This document shows positions 38,310-49,700 of a stretch of DNA of 64,000 nucleotides, in pieces. A model generated the notes under the pieces. That model made no database searches. It saw only the letters and a list, made by a program, of their open reading frames with translations, and was not told the DNA's origin. The position numbers were made by a program, and so were the translations under genes. Each line of letters begins with the position of its first letter. The stretch's first letter is position 1. This stretch comes from Ostreococcus lucimarinus (Eukaryota), in assembly GCA_000092065.1 (NCBI GenBank), contig CP000600.1. One strand, 5' to 3'.

Positions 38310-38591
38310 ATGCGCGAGCGATCGAGCGAGCGCGACGATGGCGACGACGACGACGCGGAACCGCGCGGGCGCGGCGCGACGGCGCGCGCGATCGCGACGT
38401 GGGCGAAGCGCGGCGTCGCGAGCGCGCTCGGCGTCGTCCTCGCGCTGTACGTCGTCGGTCTGGCGGTGCCGGAGGCGCGAGGCGACGAGGAAGCGGCGAT
38501 AGAGGAAGCGCGCGCGACGGGACGCGCGAAAGAGACGCCGACGAGCTCGAGGATCGAGTACGTGCCGCAGGCGCCGCGCGCGGGACGATGA
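38310..38591 (+). CDS. Small hypothetical single-pass membrane protein (~93 aa)
   Basis: ATG-initiated, GC3-rich ORF divergent from CBP20, with a hydrophobic segment [18 protein letters not shown]. It has no homolog and is reported with low confidence. Confidence 0.25.
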   Translation: MRERSSERDDGDDDDAEPRGRGATARAIATWAKRGVASALGVVLALYVVGLAVPEARGDEEAAIEEARATGRAKETPTSSRIEYVPQAPRAGR

Positions 38592-38697
38592 GACGACGAG
38601 GCGCTCGACGACGGCGCGACGGCGACGGTGTACGCATTAATTTTTTGTGTGAATTGTAATTGAAGCTACGGATGCTACGGCTACTGCGCGCGCGCGA

Positions 38698-39696
38698 TCA
38701 CGCGTCGGGCTCGAGCTTGATTTTTTTCGCTCGACGCTTTTCGGACGTCGGCGTCGCGGATTCCTTGAACGCGGACGGGCACGACGCGTCGGCGGCGAGC
38801 GGGCACTCGGCGCACTTCGGTCGAAGCGGCGTGCACGTGAGCTGGCCGAAGCCCACCAACAGCGGGTTGATCTCGATCCACTCGTCCCGGGGAAGCCAAC
38901 GCTCGAGCGACGCGCGCGTGTCCTCGGGCGTCTTTTTACGCGGCGATCCATTCTTACCGATCGCGCGCTCGGGCGTCCACCCGAGGCGCTCGGTGATTCG
39001 ATGCACGTGCACGTCGACGCAAATTCCCGTCGGCTTTTGCCATCCGACGTTCATGACCAAGTACGCCATCTTCGGTCCGACGCCCGGCAGCGCGCACAGC
39101 GTCTCGACGCTCGAGGGAATGTCCCCGTCGTACTCGTCCAATAAAATCTTCGCCGTCGCCCGTAAATATTGCGCCTTGCGCCTGTGAAATCCCACCGGGT
39201 TCAGCATCGCGTCCAGGGCGTCCTCATCCGTGTTCAGCACGTTCTCCGGCGTGCACCCGTGCGCGCGCAGTCGCGCCATCGCCGCGTGATTGATCTCGTC
39301 CCTCGTCTGCGAGCTCAGCATCGCGCTCGTGAGCGTCAAATATCTCCGATACTTTTCCTCATCCATCGCGCCGCCCTCGCCCTCGACGTCGGCGATCTTT
39401 TCGCACCCCATCGTGTCCACCGCCGCCCGCGGTCCCTCCGCGCGCCAACGCTTGATCGTCGCCAGCGTCTTTTCCCATCCCTCCGGCGCCGTCGTCTCGC
39501 GCGCGGGCTCGAACGCCATCTGCACCGTCTTCGAGCGGCGCTTCGGCGTCGACGGCGGCGCGACGGCGGCGCGCGTCGTCGTCGCGTCGTCGACGTCGCG
39601 GCGTCCGGGCGCGGGCGCGCCGAGGGCTTGGGAAAACGCGCTTCCCATCGCGCGCGCGCGCGAGTCGACGACGCGCGCGAGGACGCGAGGGCGCAT
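38698..39696 (-). CDS. NTH1: Endonuclease III (Nth) DNA glycosylase with a 4Fe-4S cluster loop
   Basis: HhH-GPD (LCALPGVGPKMAYLVMNVGW..GICVDVHVHRITERLGW) and C-X6-C-X2-C-X5-C (CTPLRPKCAECPLAADASC). The ATG is at 39694-39696. Confidence 0.8.
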   Translation of the reverse strand: MRPRVLARVVDSRARAMGSAFSQALGAPAPGRRDVDDATTTRAAVAPPSTPKRRSKTVQMAFEPARETTAPEGWEKTLATIKRWRAEGPRAAVDTMGCEKIADVEGEGGAMDEEKYRRYLTLTSAMLSSQTRDEINHAAMARLRAHGCTPENVLNTDEDALDAMLNPVGFHRRKAQYLRATAKILLDEYDGDIPSSVETLCALPGVGPKMAYLVMNVGWQKPTGICVDVHVHRITERLGWTPERAIGKNGSPRKKTPEDTRASLERWLPRDEWIEINPLLVGFGQLTCTPLRPKCAECPLAADASCPSAFKESATPTSEKRRAKKIKLEPDA

Positions 39697-39783
39697 GCGC
39701 CGAGGTGTGCGGAGCCGACGCGACGCGCGACGAGGCGAACGACTCGCGCGGCGCGCGTGGATTACAAAACGCGGCGGCGACGA

Positions 39784-41070
39784 TCAGTTCCAATCGTCCT
39801 CGGGCTCGTCGTCGGCGACGTCGGCGGCGCGCGCGTCGGCGACGATCGGCGACGCCGCGGCGGCGGGCGCGACGGCGGCTAATACCTCCTCCTTGAGCGG
39901 CTTCTTAAAGAATTGTCGCAACGTCGCGATGTGATTCAGCACCTCGCGCTTGCCTTCGCCGTTCACGGATGAGGTGTAAAGCATGGGCGGTAACTCGTCC
40001 CAATACTCGCTCACTTCGCGGCAAAATTCTTCGACGTTTTCCGCCGGGTTGGCGCGCTTGCCGGCGCCAACTTTTTTACGCTTGTCCACCTTGGTGAACA
40101 CCACGGTCACGGGCACGCCGGCTTCGCCGAGCCAATCGAGACACTCCAAATCTAAACGCTGCGGTTTCACCGTGCTGTCGATCAAGAGCAACACGGTGAT
40201 GAGCGATTCTCGTTTGATCAAATATTCGCGCGTAAACGCCGCCCACTTTTCTCGCAAATCCTCCGGCGCGTTCGCGTACCCGTAACCGGGAAGATCGACG
40301 AGGTAAAACTTCCCATCCCCGGTCGTCATGCGATAGTGATTGATCGTCTGCGTCTTCCCAGGATTCTTCGACGTCTTCGCCAACGACTTACGATTCGTGA
40401 GCATGTTCACCAGCGAGCTCTTCCCGACGTTCGACCGACCGATGACGGCGATCTCCGGCAGCGTCGGTTTCGGGCATCCCGCCAAGTCCACGCACGCCTG
40501 CACGAACTCGCAGCTCTTCACATTCGCCCCGCGTCCCTGATCTGCGAGCTCGAGCGTGCGCACGCCCAGCGCGCCTTCGTCGTCGTCGTCGTCGTAATCC
40601 TCCGCGTAATCCTCGAACCCATCCGACGTCTCCAGCACCACCACGTCCTCCGCGCGCCCTTCCCGTCGCGTCGCGTCGCTTCCCGTCGCCGTCGTCCGCC
40701 GCTTCGCCCGCGCGGGCGCCGGGACGTCGTCGTCGAAGTCTCGACACTCCCTCGGCGCGTCTCGCGTCCTCGCGCGTCCGCCGCGTCCGCCGCGTCCGCC
40801 GCGTCCGCGCCCGCCGCCGCCGCCGCCGCCGCGCCCCCGCGCGCGCGCGCGCGTCGCCGTCGTCTCGCCGCGCGCGGACGCCTCCGCGCGCGCGTGCGAC
40901 GCCGCGCGCGCGGCGAACGCGCCGCCGCCGCCGCATTCGCCCGGACGTCCTCGCGCCGTCGTCGCGACCGCGACCGCGCGCGCGCGCGCGCGCGAGGGCT
41001 CGCGCGCGGCGCGGCGCGCGACGGAGGCGCGCGCGCCGCGCGCGAGCGCGCTCGCGGCGCCGCGGAGCAT
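39784..41070 (-). CDS. engB: Ribosome-biogenesis GTPase EngB/YihA (organellar) with a Gly/Arg-rich (RGG-like) N-terminal extension
   Basis: G1 IAVIGRSNVGKSSLVN, G3 DLPGYGYA, TKVDK. The N-terminal region (..GRGGGGGGGRGRGGRGGRGGRA..) is encoded by the (CCGCGTCCG)n/(CCG)n repeats at ~40779-40840. The ATG is at 41068-41070, and the ORF-track start at 41949 overlaps the next gene. Confidence 0.7.
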   Translation of the reverse strand: MLRGAASALARGARASVARRAAREPSRARARAVAVATTARGRPGECGGGGAFAARAASHARAEASARGETTATRARARGRGGGGGGGRGRGGRGGRGGRARTRDAPRECRDFDDDVPAPARAKRRTTATGSDATRREGRAEDVVVLETSDGFEDYAEDYDDDDDEGALGVRTLELADQGRGANVKSCEFVQACVDLAGCPKPTLPEIAVIGRSNVGKSSLVNMLTNRKSLAKTSKNPGKTQTINHYRMTTGDGKFYLVDLPGYGYANAPEDLREKWAAFTREYLIKRESLITVLLLIDSTVKPQRLDLECLDWLGEAGVPVTVVFTKVDKRKKVGAGKRANPAENVEEFCREVSEYWDELPPMLYTSSVNGEGKREVLNHIATLRQFFKKPLKEEVLAAVAPAAAASPIVADARAADVADDEPEDDWN

Positions 41071-41274
41071 GTCGACGCGATGTGACGCCGCCGAGCGCCA
41101 TCGCGCGACGCGTCGCGCCGCGATTCGACGCGCCCGACTTCGCGCGTCGACGCCGCGCGCGCGCGCGCGCGAGAGCGCTCGACGCGCGTCGTCGACGGCG
41201 ACGCCGGGACGCGGCGACGCGGATTCGGGACGCGGCGCGCCGAGGACGGATCGAAGATTTAAAATTAAATCAAA

Positions 41275-42384
41275 ATGTCGAAACGGTCGGACGACGGCGA
41301 CGACGACGAGGCGCGCGCGACGATGCGCGCGCCGCACGAGCGCGCGATGCGGGTGAAAATGATATCGACGACGCGACCGGCGACGGCGGCGCACGAGCTG
41401 GACGCGTCGGAGGCGCTGCTGAAACGGGACGGGAAGGACATCCATAAGCGAAGCGCGGCGAAAAAGGCGCGGTACGCGATGGTGTTCCCGGGACAGCTGA
41501 GCGTGAGCAAAGAGGGAAGGATCGGGGAGATGCGAGAGATGCACACGCAGGCGCCGGTGGTGTACTTGGATTTCGAGGGAGGGCGGATAAAGATGCTGGG
41601 GAGCATCGTGCGGCCGAAGTCGACGCGATACTTTACGCTGAACGCGAAGTCGAAGGATAGGATGAACCTGGAGGAGTGGTTCGAGAGCGTGATCGTGTTT
41701 CCGAGTTGGTACTGGATCGGGACGAAGGAGGAGAATCCCGAGGAGAAACCGTTGGCGCTTCCGGCGGAGTTGGGGGATTTGGCGGGGGAGGCGGAGACGG
41801 ATTGGGACGCGTCCGTGGCGGCGGGGAGCGGAAAGGCGGCGACGACGCCGACGACGGGTGCCACGGCGACGGCGATGAAGGCGAGTGAAACCGTTGTCGG
41901 CGATGACGCGAAAGACGCCGCGGACGGCGGTCGAAGACCGCGTCGACAAGCCGCGACGGTGGCGCGCAAGAAGATGTACGCCGACGACAGCGAGGCGGAA
42001 GAGGCGAGCGACGACGACGACGACGACGGACGCGTCACGTCCCCGATCGTCGTGCGTGGAAAAGTGGAGTCGTTCATGCCTCCACCGCCACCCGTGACAG
42101 CTCCCGCGCCGGTGCGCGAATCGATCGCGGCGCCCGCCCGAACGTCCGTTTCGGCGCCGTCGCGACGAGCCTCCGTTTCGGCGCCGTCGCGACGAGCCTC
42201 CGTTTCGGCGCCCAAGGTGGCGCCCGCGGCGAAGCGTCAGAAGAAGGACAGCGACGCCATCGTCATCGAGAGCGACTCGGACGATATCGAAAAGTCGGAT
42301 GATGACGATGATGAGATGGAGCTCGACGACGACGACGACGAGAGCGAGAGCGAGGACGAGGACGACGACAGCGATTTCGAATGA
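41275..42384 (+). CDS. Acidic nuclear-type hypothetical protein (PH-like N-terminal region, poly-Asp/Glu tail, 27-nt tandem repeat encoding SVSAPSRRA x2.4)
   Basis: The ATG at 41275 lies directly downstream of the AT-rich GATTTAAAATTAAATCAAA. Conserved-looking N-terminal block VVYLDFEGGRIKMLGSIVRPKSTRYFTLNAKSKDRMNLEEWFESVIVFPSWYWIG. The C-terminus is DDDDDEMELDDDDDESESEDEDDDSDFE. Confidence 0.45.
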   Translation: MSKRSDDGDDDEARATMRAPHERAMRVKMISTTRPATAAHELDASEALLKRDGKDIHKRSAAKKARYAMVFPGQLSVSKEGRIGEMREMHTQAPVVYLDFEGGRIKMLGSIVRPKSTRYFTLNAKSKDRMNLEEWFESVIVFPSWYWIGTKEENPEEKPLALPAELGDLAGEAETDWDASVAAGSGKAATTPTTGATATAMKASETVVGDDAKDAADGGRRPRRQAATVARKKMYADDSEAEEASDDDDDDGRVTSPIVVRGKVESFMPPPPPVTAPAPVRESIAAPARTSVSAPSRRASVSAPSRRASVSAPKVAPAAKRQKKDSDAIVIESDSDDIEKSDDDDDEMELDDDDDESESEDEDDDSDFE

Positions 42385-42445
42385 CTTGGGCGATTAGCGA
42401 GCGTTGAGTGTAATTCATTAAAATCAATATGCCACGAGACGGGTC

Positions 42446-43576
42446 TCAATACTTCTTCAAGAACTCTTGCAAGTCTTGCACCGCGGATTTCGACCCGACG
42501 AACATCGGGCTCTTTTCGTGAATATGCTTCGGCACGACGTCGAGCACGGATTCGTTCGCCTTCGGGCCTCGCGTCGACATGCCACCGGCTTGTTCGGCAA
42601 TCATGGAGATTGGCGCGATTTCATACAGCAACCGCGCCTTACCGTTCGGCGCCGACGTATCTGGCGGGTATAGCCAAATTCCGCCATAGAGCAAAGTGCG
42701 GTGGAAATCTCCGATGAGCGCTCCGATGTACCGATACGTCCACGGCTTGCCGCCGTCGCTACCACCCTTTTGTAGATGCGCGACGTAATCCTTGAGCTCG
42801 GGCGCCCACAAGTTGACGTTGCCGTTATTCCCCGAGTAAATGCGTTGCATCTTATCCCCGTCCGGAATCGTCACGCGTTCCTTCGAGCACACGAACTCGC
42901 CGACGTTTTCGTCAAAGTCGTACTGCGCGACGCCGTCTCCCGTCGTCAGCACGAACACGCACGACGAGCTATACATGCAGTATCCCGCCGCCACGAGCGC
43001 CTCGCCGCTCTGCAACGAATTCGTCAAGCAATTCGCCAGCGTCTCCTCCGCGCTATCCGTATCCTTAATCTCGCACGCGCCCGGCGCGTACACCCCGAAG
43101 ATGCTCCCCGTCGTCACGCACGCGTCGATGTTGCTCGACCCATCGATCGGATCGAACGTCACGATGTATCCACTCGCTCGTTCCACCGCGATCGGCGTGT
43201 CTTCCTCCTCCGTCACGATCACGCTCGCCCGTCCGCACGCGCGCAGCGTCTCCACGAAGACGTCGTTCGCGATGACGTCGAGTTTCTTCTGCTCGTCCCC
43301 GCTCGCGTTCGACCCGCCGGCGGCGCCGGTGTTCCCCGCGATCGGCGCGCGCGCGACGAGCGCGCGCACGCGCTTGCACGCGATGGCGACCGAGTTGAGC
43401 GCGATGGCGAGATCGGCGTCGATGTCCCCGCGCGCGCTCGCGCTCGCCAGGTGCGCGCTGAGCGACTCGCCGAGCGCGGCGCGCGCGCGCATCGCGCGCG
43501 CGGGCGCGCGGCGCGCGCGTCGCGGCGCGCGCGCGGGCGCGCGAGCGATGCGGGCGCGCGCGGCGAGCGTCGACAT
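42446..43576 (-). CDS. FBP: Fructose-1,6-bisphosphatase, chloroplast redox-regulated type
   Basis: The FBPase motifs DVIANDVFVETLRACGRASVIVTEEED and GYIVTFDPIDGSSNID are present. A Cys-containing insertion (GACEIKDTDSAEETLANCLTNSLQ) is typical of plastid FBPase. The ATG is at 43574-43576 (MSTLAARARIARAPA.. transit). Confidence 0.8.
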   Translation of the reverse strand: MSTLAARARIARAPARAPRRARRAPARAMRARAALGESLSAHLASASARGDIDADLAIALNSVAIACKRVRALVARAPIAGNTGAAGGSNASGDEQKKLDVIANDVFVETLRACGRASVIVTEEEDTPIAVERASGYIVTFDPIDGSSNIDACVTTGSIFGVYAPGACEIKDTDSAEETLANCLTNSLQSGEALVAAGYCMYSSSCVFVLTTGDGVAQYDFDENVGEFVCSKERVTIPDGDKMQRIYSGNNGNVNLWAPELKDYVAHLQKGGSDGGKPWTYRYIGALIGDFHRTLLYGGIWLYPPDTSAPNGKARLLYEIAPISMIAEQAGGMSTRGPKANESVLDVVPKHIHEKSPMFVGSKSAVQDLQEFLKKY

Positions 43577-43652
43577 GGCGTCGCGTCGCGGAGTGTCGAA
43601 TCGCGACACTCATCCGCGCGCGACGCGCGAACGACGCCGACGCGCGCGCGGG

Positions 43653-44534
43653 ATGTCGCGCGCGAGCGTCGCGGCGACGCCGCGCGCGCTCGCGCGCGCG
43701 CGCGCGACGTCGCGCGTCGCGCGAGGTCGACGCGCGGTGGAACGTTTGAGAATTCTCGAGCGCGCGACGACGACGACGCGCGCGAACGCGTACGACGACG
43801 GCGACGGGGACGGCGACGACGACGGGAGACGCGCGTACGAGCGCGGGTCGCGGTCGACGACGCAGGGCGATCGCTTGCGGGAGGCGCGACGGCGGGAATC
43901 GGCGTACGAGCGCGCGCCGCCTCGAGCGGGACGGGGCGGCGGCGGCGGCGGAAGGATGGCGTACGAGGACGACGGGTACGACGACGGTGGTGGACCGGGA
44001 AAAGAGTTGAATAAATTTCTCATCGCGGGCGCGTTCGTGGTGGGGATCGGGGCGGGGGTGGTGTTCGACACGGCGGTGGACTTGGAGCCGTCGAACGTGG
44101 CGTCGAGGGAGATTTTGGATAGGCGGACGCCGAGCTCGGAGCTGTGCATGGCGAACGGGGCGTCGGCGATGGTGTTTGATCAACGCGTGTTCTTGTCGTT
44201 GAACCCGTTTAACGTGTACGTGGCGCAGCCGGAGGTGAAACCGGGGTGCGTGGTTCGCCGGTCGAATTGGGGCGTGTTGGAGCGAAACAACGTAGTGGAT
44301 AAAAAGGCTGAAGACGTGTGCAAGCAGCATTTGAACACGTTCGCGTTCGTGGGTGATCTAGACAAGTCCCCGGAGGTGTCGTGCGTGTATCACAGCGAGG
44401 ACGCCGAGAATCAATTCATGAAGGATCCGTCCAAAGCGGTGTTGGGGGACGGAGTCGCCCAAGCGATGCGCGAGGCCACGGCGGCGAAAAAGGCCGACAT
44501 GGGGCCGCAGGCGGGTCCGAAAGGTTTCCGGTGA
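43653..44534 (+). CDS. Conserved hypothetical single-TM protein (plastid-lineage, DUF-like)
   Basis: N-terminal low-complexity presequence, a TM segment FLIAGAFVVGIGAGVVF, then a conserved-looking soluble domain (EPSNVASREILDRRTPSSELCMANGASAMVFDQRVFLSLNPFNVYVAQPEVKPGCVVRRSNWGVLE). Confidence 0.35.
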   Translation: MSRASVAATPRALARARATSRVARGRRAVERLRILERATTTTRANAYDDGDGDGDDDGRRAYERGSRSTTQGDRLREARRRESAYERAPPRAGRGGGGGGRMAYEDDGYDDGGGPGKELNKFLIAGAFVVGIGAGVVFDTAVDLEPSNVASREILDRRTPSSELCMANGASAMVFDQRVFLSLNPFNVYVAQPEVKPGCVVRRSNWGVLERNNVVDKKAEDVCKQHLNTFAFVGDLDKSPEVSCVYHSEDAENQFMKDPSKAVLGDGVAQAMREATAAKKADMGPQAGPKGFR

Positions 44535-44616
44535 TCGATCGGTGCCGTCGTTGTACGTGTGTAATGAACCAACCAATTTGTTTTCTTTGTTTTACATGTG
44601 CTAGTACACCGCGCAG

Positions 44617-46377
44617 CTAGGCGTCGGTGGGTTGAGAATCTTCACCCGCCGGCGACGATAACTGCGTTGCCTGAGATGCGAACAGCTCGGTCAGCGTCCT
44701 TTGGGAGACGTCGATCACGGGTTGCACTTTTTGCCGTTTCGGCGACTTCCCGTTCGTCGATGTCGTCTCGAGGTGATTTCCGCTCGTTTGCCCGTTCAAC
44801 ACCGCGCCGAGATTATCCAACTTCTTCTTTATGCTTTGCCAAATGATTTCGTCGATCGTGTCCTTGGCGTGTAGGTACTGCACCAAAACGCTCGATTGCT
44901 GCCCGATTCTGTGCGCTCTATCCTCAGCCTGAATCAAGTCGCCAGGCGTCCACACCATTTCGCCGAAGATCACCGTCGAAGCCGCGGTGAGCGTCAAGCC
45001 CATCCCCGCGGCTTTGATGCTGAGAATCGCCACGCGAACGTCGTCGCGACGCTGGAACGCGTTCACTAAGTCGCCTCTCACCGCCGCTGGCGTCGATCCG
45101 TCGATGCGAATCGTTTTGACTTTCTTCGCGTCCATACACTGAGCCACGGCGTCGAGCAAGACGCCGTGATGCGCGAAGAACAAAAATTTCGACGTACTCC
45201 CGTCGATCAACGTCTCCAAGTACTCGCACACCGATTTCGTCTTCGCCTTGGCGCTCGCTAAGAAGAGCTCGTTTAGCAGCCTTTTTTCTTCCAGCTCGTT
45301 CCCGCCTCTCTGACGCAGTTCGTCGAGTAGCGATTTTATGCGGCGCACGTCGCCCATGCTCGACTTCTCCAGCGCGAGCCAAACCTGCGTTCGTTGCTTC
45401 GGCGGCAAGTCCTTGAGCACGTCCTTTTTCAAACGACGCACCATACAAAGCTTTGAAATCATGACGTGCAGTTCGTCGGCGTGAGTACATCCCGTGTACA
45501 TGCCGAACGGCCCGCCGTTTGCGCAGTACCGCGCGCCGTACTCGTTCAATCGCGCGAAGACTTTCGGCACCAAGGCCTCGAGCTGGGTGAACAGCTCGAT
45601 CGGCCTGCTGAGCGCTGGCGTGCCCGTCAGACAAATCGCGCGATTGGCATCCTTGAGCAGCGGCATCACCGCCTGCGTTCTCTGCGCGCGTCGATCCTTT
45701 AAAAAATGACTCTCGTCGCACACGACGATTTTATACCGCTTCGCGAGCAATTTCGAGCGAAGCTTCACGACGAGCGAGTACGGCACGATGTCGAACGGTC
45801 GTCCTTCGTCGAGTTTCCACCCCTCGCTCGCCGCCCCCACGCACGCGACGTCGCCGTCCGCGACGTCGAGCCACGATTGCAAAGCGTTTCGCCAAGCCTC
45901 GCGCAACGAAGTCGGCACTAAAATGAGCGCCGGGCACTCCTCGCGATAACACGCCAACAACGCGCACGCCTGCACCGTCTTCCCCAGCCCCATCTCGTCC
46001 CCGATCAACACGCGTCCCCGTCGCCTCAGCGCGTACATCACCCCCGTCCTCTGAAATTCAAACATCTTCGCGTCCAGCGCCTTCGGCACGCCTCTCGCGT
46101 ACGCCCCCGCCGCGTCCTCCTCGAACCGCACCTCCGCGCACCGCAGCGCCATCCCCGGCACGTCCAGCACTCGCGCGTTCGTCCGACGCACGAGCGCGTC
46201 GCGAATCGCGCGCACCGCGCCCGCCGGCGCCGTCCACGCGCCGTCGCTCGCGCGCGTCGCGCCCGCGTCCCGCGCCGCCGCCGCCGCCGCCTCCCCGAGC
46301 GCGCCCGCGCGCGGCGTCGCGCGCGCGATCGCGAACGCGTCCCCAGGTTCGCGAAGCGCGAACTCGATCGTCGTCGG

Positions 46378-46429
<52 letters not shown>

Positions 46430-46533
46430 GATTCCGCGCGCATTCGCCGTCGCAGCGCCTCGCTCGCGTCCGCGACCGCGCGCGCGGCGCGCTCGGCGTC
46501 GACGGCGTCGTCCCACGCGTCCCACGCGTCCAT
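44617..46533 (-). CDS. SMARCAL1: SNF2-family annealing helicase, SMARCAL1-like (HARP-like N-terminal region plus SNF2 ATPase)
   Basis: LIGDEMGLGKT (motif I), VVCDESHFLK (DExH), LTGTPALSRPIELF, and the helicase C motifs (LSIKAAGMGLTLTAASTVIFGE..QAEDRAHRIGQ). A HARP-like block (ASDGAWTAPAGAVRAIRDAL) precedes them. Poly-Thr is encoded by (GTC)n. Confidence 0.7.
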
Positions 46534-46792
46534 CGTCGCGACGCGCCGCCGCGAAGCGCCGCCGCGACGCCGCCGACCGCGCGCGCGCGAGTGCCTCGTT
46601 CGCGCGACGGATCGGGCGACGGACGGGTTTTAGTATTGCGTCGTATCCCAAACCCTAGGATACAATATACATATTCAACGACCCAGTAGACGCATCGGCG
46701 CGCGCTGTAGATATACACGACACCGCACTGTATGCGCACACACGCAATCCGCGAGCCGGTCGCGATCGCGGCACACCTCGACGCATCCCGCG

Positions 46793-49700
46793 ATGCGCGC
46801 GCACGTCACCCTCCGCGCGGCGACGCCCGCGCGCGCCGCCGCGACCGTGCGCGCGGGCCGACGACCGTCCGCGATGCGCGCCGACGCGGCGCCGACGCGC
46901 GCGACGAGCGCGCGCGTCGCGTACGGCAACGCGTCGACGACGACGCTCAAGCTCGACGCGCGAGGCGCGACGCGAAGGCCGACCCTAGGCGGGGGGCGTC
47001 GACGATTCGAGACGCGCGCGATGTTTGAGGTGCGCGCGACGCGACCGCGAGGGCGGGGCACGCGAGCGTGTATTTTGATGCGTCGCGGACGCGGCGCGGA
47101 GGGGGAGGGGCGACGCGGGAGAGGACGAGGGACTGACGAGACGATGGCTTCGATCGACGCGCGCGCAGCGGTTCACGGAGAAGGCCATCAAGGTGGTGAT
47201 GTTGGCGCAGGAGGAGGCGCGGCGATTGGGGCACAACTTCGTCGGGACCGAACAGGTGAGTGGAGAGAATATTGAACGCGCGAACGGGCGCGGATTCGGG
47301 GCGCGGGGAAGGGGTAGGGCGGCGTCGGGGGGGACGCGGAGGACGCGACGTTAGGTTTAAGCGGGAAGGCGCGGCGCGCGGGGAACGCGCGGCGGCGTCG
47401 CGGGCGCGAGGAACGCGAGGACGGCGCGCGAGGACGCGTGGGAGGGGTGGAAGATGCGCGCGCGCGCGCGCGACGGCGCGATACGGACGGTGACTGACGA
47501 GACGGCGTTCGCGACGCGACAGATCATGCTCGGTTTGATTGGCGAAGGCACCGGCATCGCGGCCAAGGTGCTCAAGTCGATGGGCATTTCGTTGAAGGAA
47601 GCGCGCATCGAGGTTGAGAAGATTATTGGACGCGGTTCCGGTTTCGTCGCGGTGGAGATTCCGTTCACGCCGCGCGCGAAGCGCGTGTTGGAGCTCGCGC
47701 TCGAGGAGGCGCGCCAGTTGGGCCACAACTACATCGGCACCGAACACTTGTTGCTCGGTTTGCTCCGTGAAGGCGAGGGCGTGGCTGCGCGCGTGCTCGA
47801 AAACCTCGACGCCGACCCGGCAAAGATTCGTTCTCAAGTGATTCGCATGGTTGGTGAGACGCAAGAAGCCGTCGGCGCGGGCGCCGGCGGCGGCCAAGGC
47901 GCGCAATCCGGCTCCAAGACGCCGACTTTGGAAGAGTTCGGTAGCGACCTCACCAAGAAGGCTGAAGAGGGTAAGCTCGATCCGTGCATCGGTCGTGCGA
48001 ACGAAATCGTTCGCGTCACGCAAATTCTCGGTCGCCGTACCAAGAACAACCCGTGCTTGATTGGTGAACCGGGCGTCGGTAAGTCTGCCATTGCCGAAGG
48101 TCTCGCGCAAAAGATTGCCGCCAACGACGTTCCGGATACTCTCGACTCCAAGCGTATGATGACGCTCGATATGGGTTTGCTCGTCGCCGGTACCAAGTAC
48201 CGTGGTGAGTTCGAGGAGCGTCTCAAGAAGCTCATGGACGAAGTGAAGAGTGATGAAAACATCATCCTTTTCATCGACGAAGTCCACACGCTCATCGGCG
48301 CCGGCGCGGCGGAGGGCGCCATCGATGCGGCGAACATCTTGAAGCCGGCCTTGGCGCGTGGTGAACTCCAGTGCATCGGTGCGACGACTATTGACGAGTA
48401 CCGCAAGCACATCGAGAAGGATCCGGCGCTCGAGCGTCGTTTCCAACCGGTTCAAGTTCCGGAGCCGTCGGTGGATGAAACCATTCAAATTCTCCGCGGA
48501 CTCCGCGAGCGTTACGAATTGCACCACAAGCTCAAGTACGATGACGACGCTTTGATCGCCGCCGCAAAGTTCTCGAGCCAGTACATCTCCGATCGTTTCT
48601 TGCCGGACAAGGCGATCGATCTCATCGATGAGGCTGGTTCTCGCGTGCGACTGGAAAACGCCGCCCTCCCGGAGGAAGCCAAGGAACTCGATAAGGAGCT
48701 CAAGGCTTTGATGAAGGAGAAGGATACGGCCATCCGCTCTCAGGATTTCGAAGCCGCTGGTGGCCTTCGTGATCGCGAAGTCGAGCTCAGAGCTCAAATC
48801 AAGCAAATCACCGAGCGAAAGCAAGAGGAGAACAAGGCGAAGGCTGAATCCGGTGACGCGTCTGGTCCGACGGTGGTCGAGCAAGACATTGCCGATATTG
48901 TCGCCGCCTGGACTGGTATCCCCGTCGATAAGGTGTCTTCCGATGAAGGTACCCGATTGATGGACATGGAAGAAACCCTTCACAAGCGATTGGTTGGTCA
49001 AGAAGAAGCCGTCGTGGCGTGCGCTCGCGCCATTCGCCGCGCCCGTACCGGCTTGAAGAACCCGAACCGTCCGGTCGCGTCCTTCATCTTCTCCGGTCCC
49101 ACTGGTGTCGGTAAATCCGAGCTCGCCAAGTCCCTCTCTGCCTTTTACTTCGGTTCCGAAGAAGCCATGGTTCGTCTTGATATGTCCGAATTCATGGAGC
49201 GCCACACTGTTTCCAAGCTCATCGGTTCCCCGCCGGGTTACGTCGGTTACTCTGAGGGTGGTCAGCTCACCGAGGCTGTTCGGCGGCGTCCGTACACCCT
49301 CGTGCTTTTCGATGAAATCGAAAAGGCGCACCCGGATGTGTTCAACATGATGCTTCAAATCCTCGAAGACGGTCGCTTGACCGACTCCAAGGGTCGCGTG
49401 ATTGACTTCAAGAACACCCTCATCATCATGACGTCGAACGTTGGTGCGTCGGCGATTGAAAAGGGTGGCGGTGGATTGGGCTTCCAACTCGACGACAACG
49501 CGGAGGATCAGTCCTACAACCGCATTAAGAGCTTAGTCATGGAAGACTTGAAGAACTACTTCCGACCGGAATTCCTCAACCGTCTTGACGAAATCATCGT
49601 GTTCCGTCAACTCAACAAGCAAGAAGTGCGAGAAATTGCGTACATCATGCTCGAGAACGTCTTCAAGCGCCTTAAGGAGAAGGAAATCGTCCTCGAATGC

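Noticed and set aside
36808-38311. Paired 488- and 484-aa ORFs on both strands across the pseudokinase-CBP20 region
   Set aside because: Both are R/A/G low-complexity and span the tandem-repeat spacer. The real genes (kinase-fold, CBP20 RRM) are on the minus strand with clear motifs.
46947-49487. 846-aa minus ORF
   Set aside because: It is antisense to ClpC, one of the best-conserved genes in the window.
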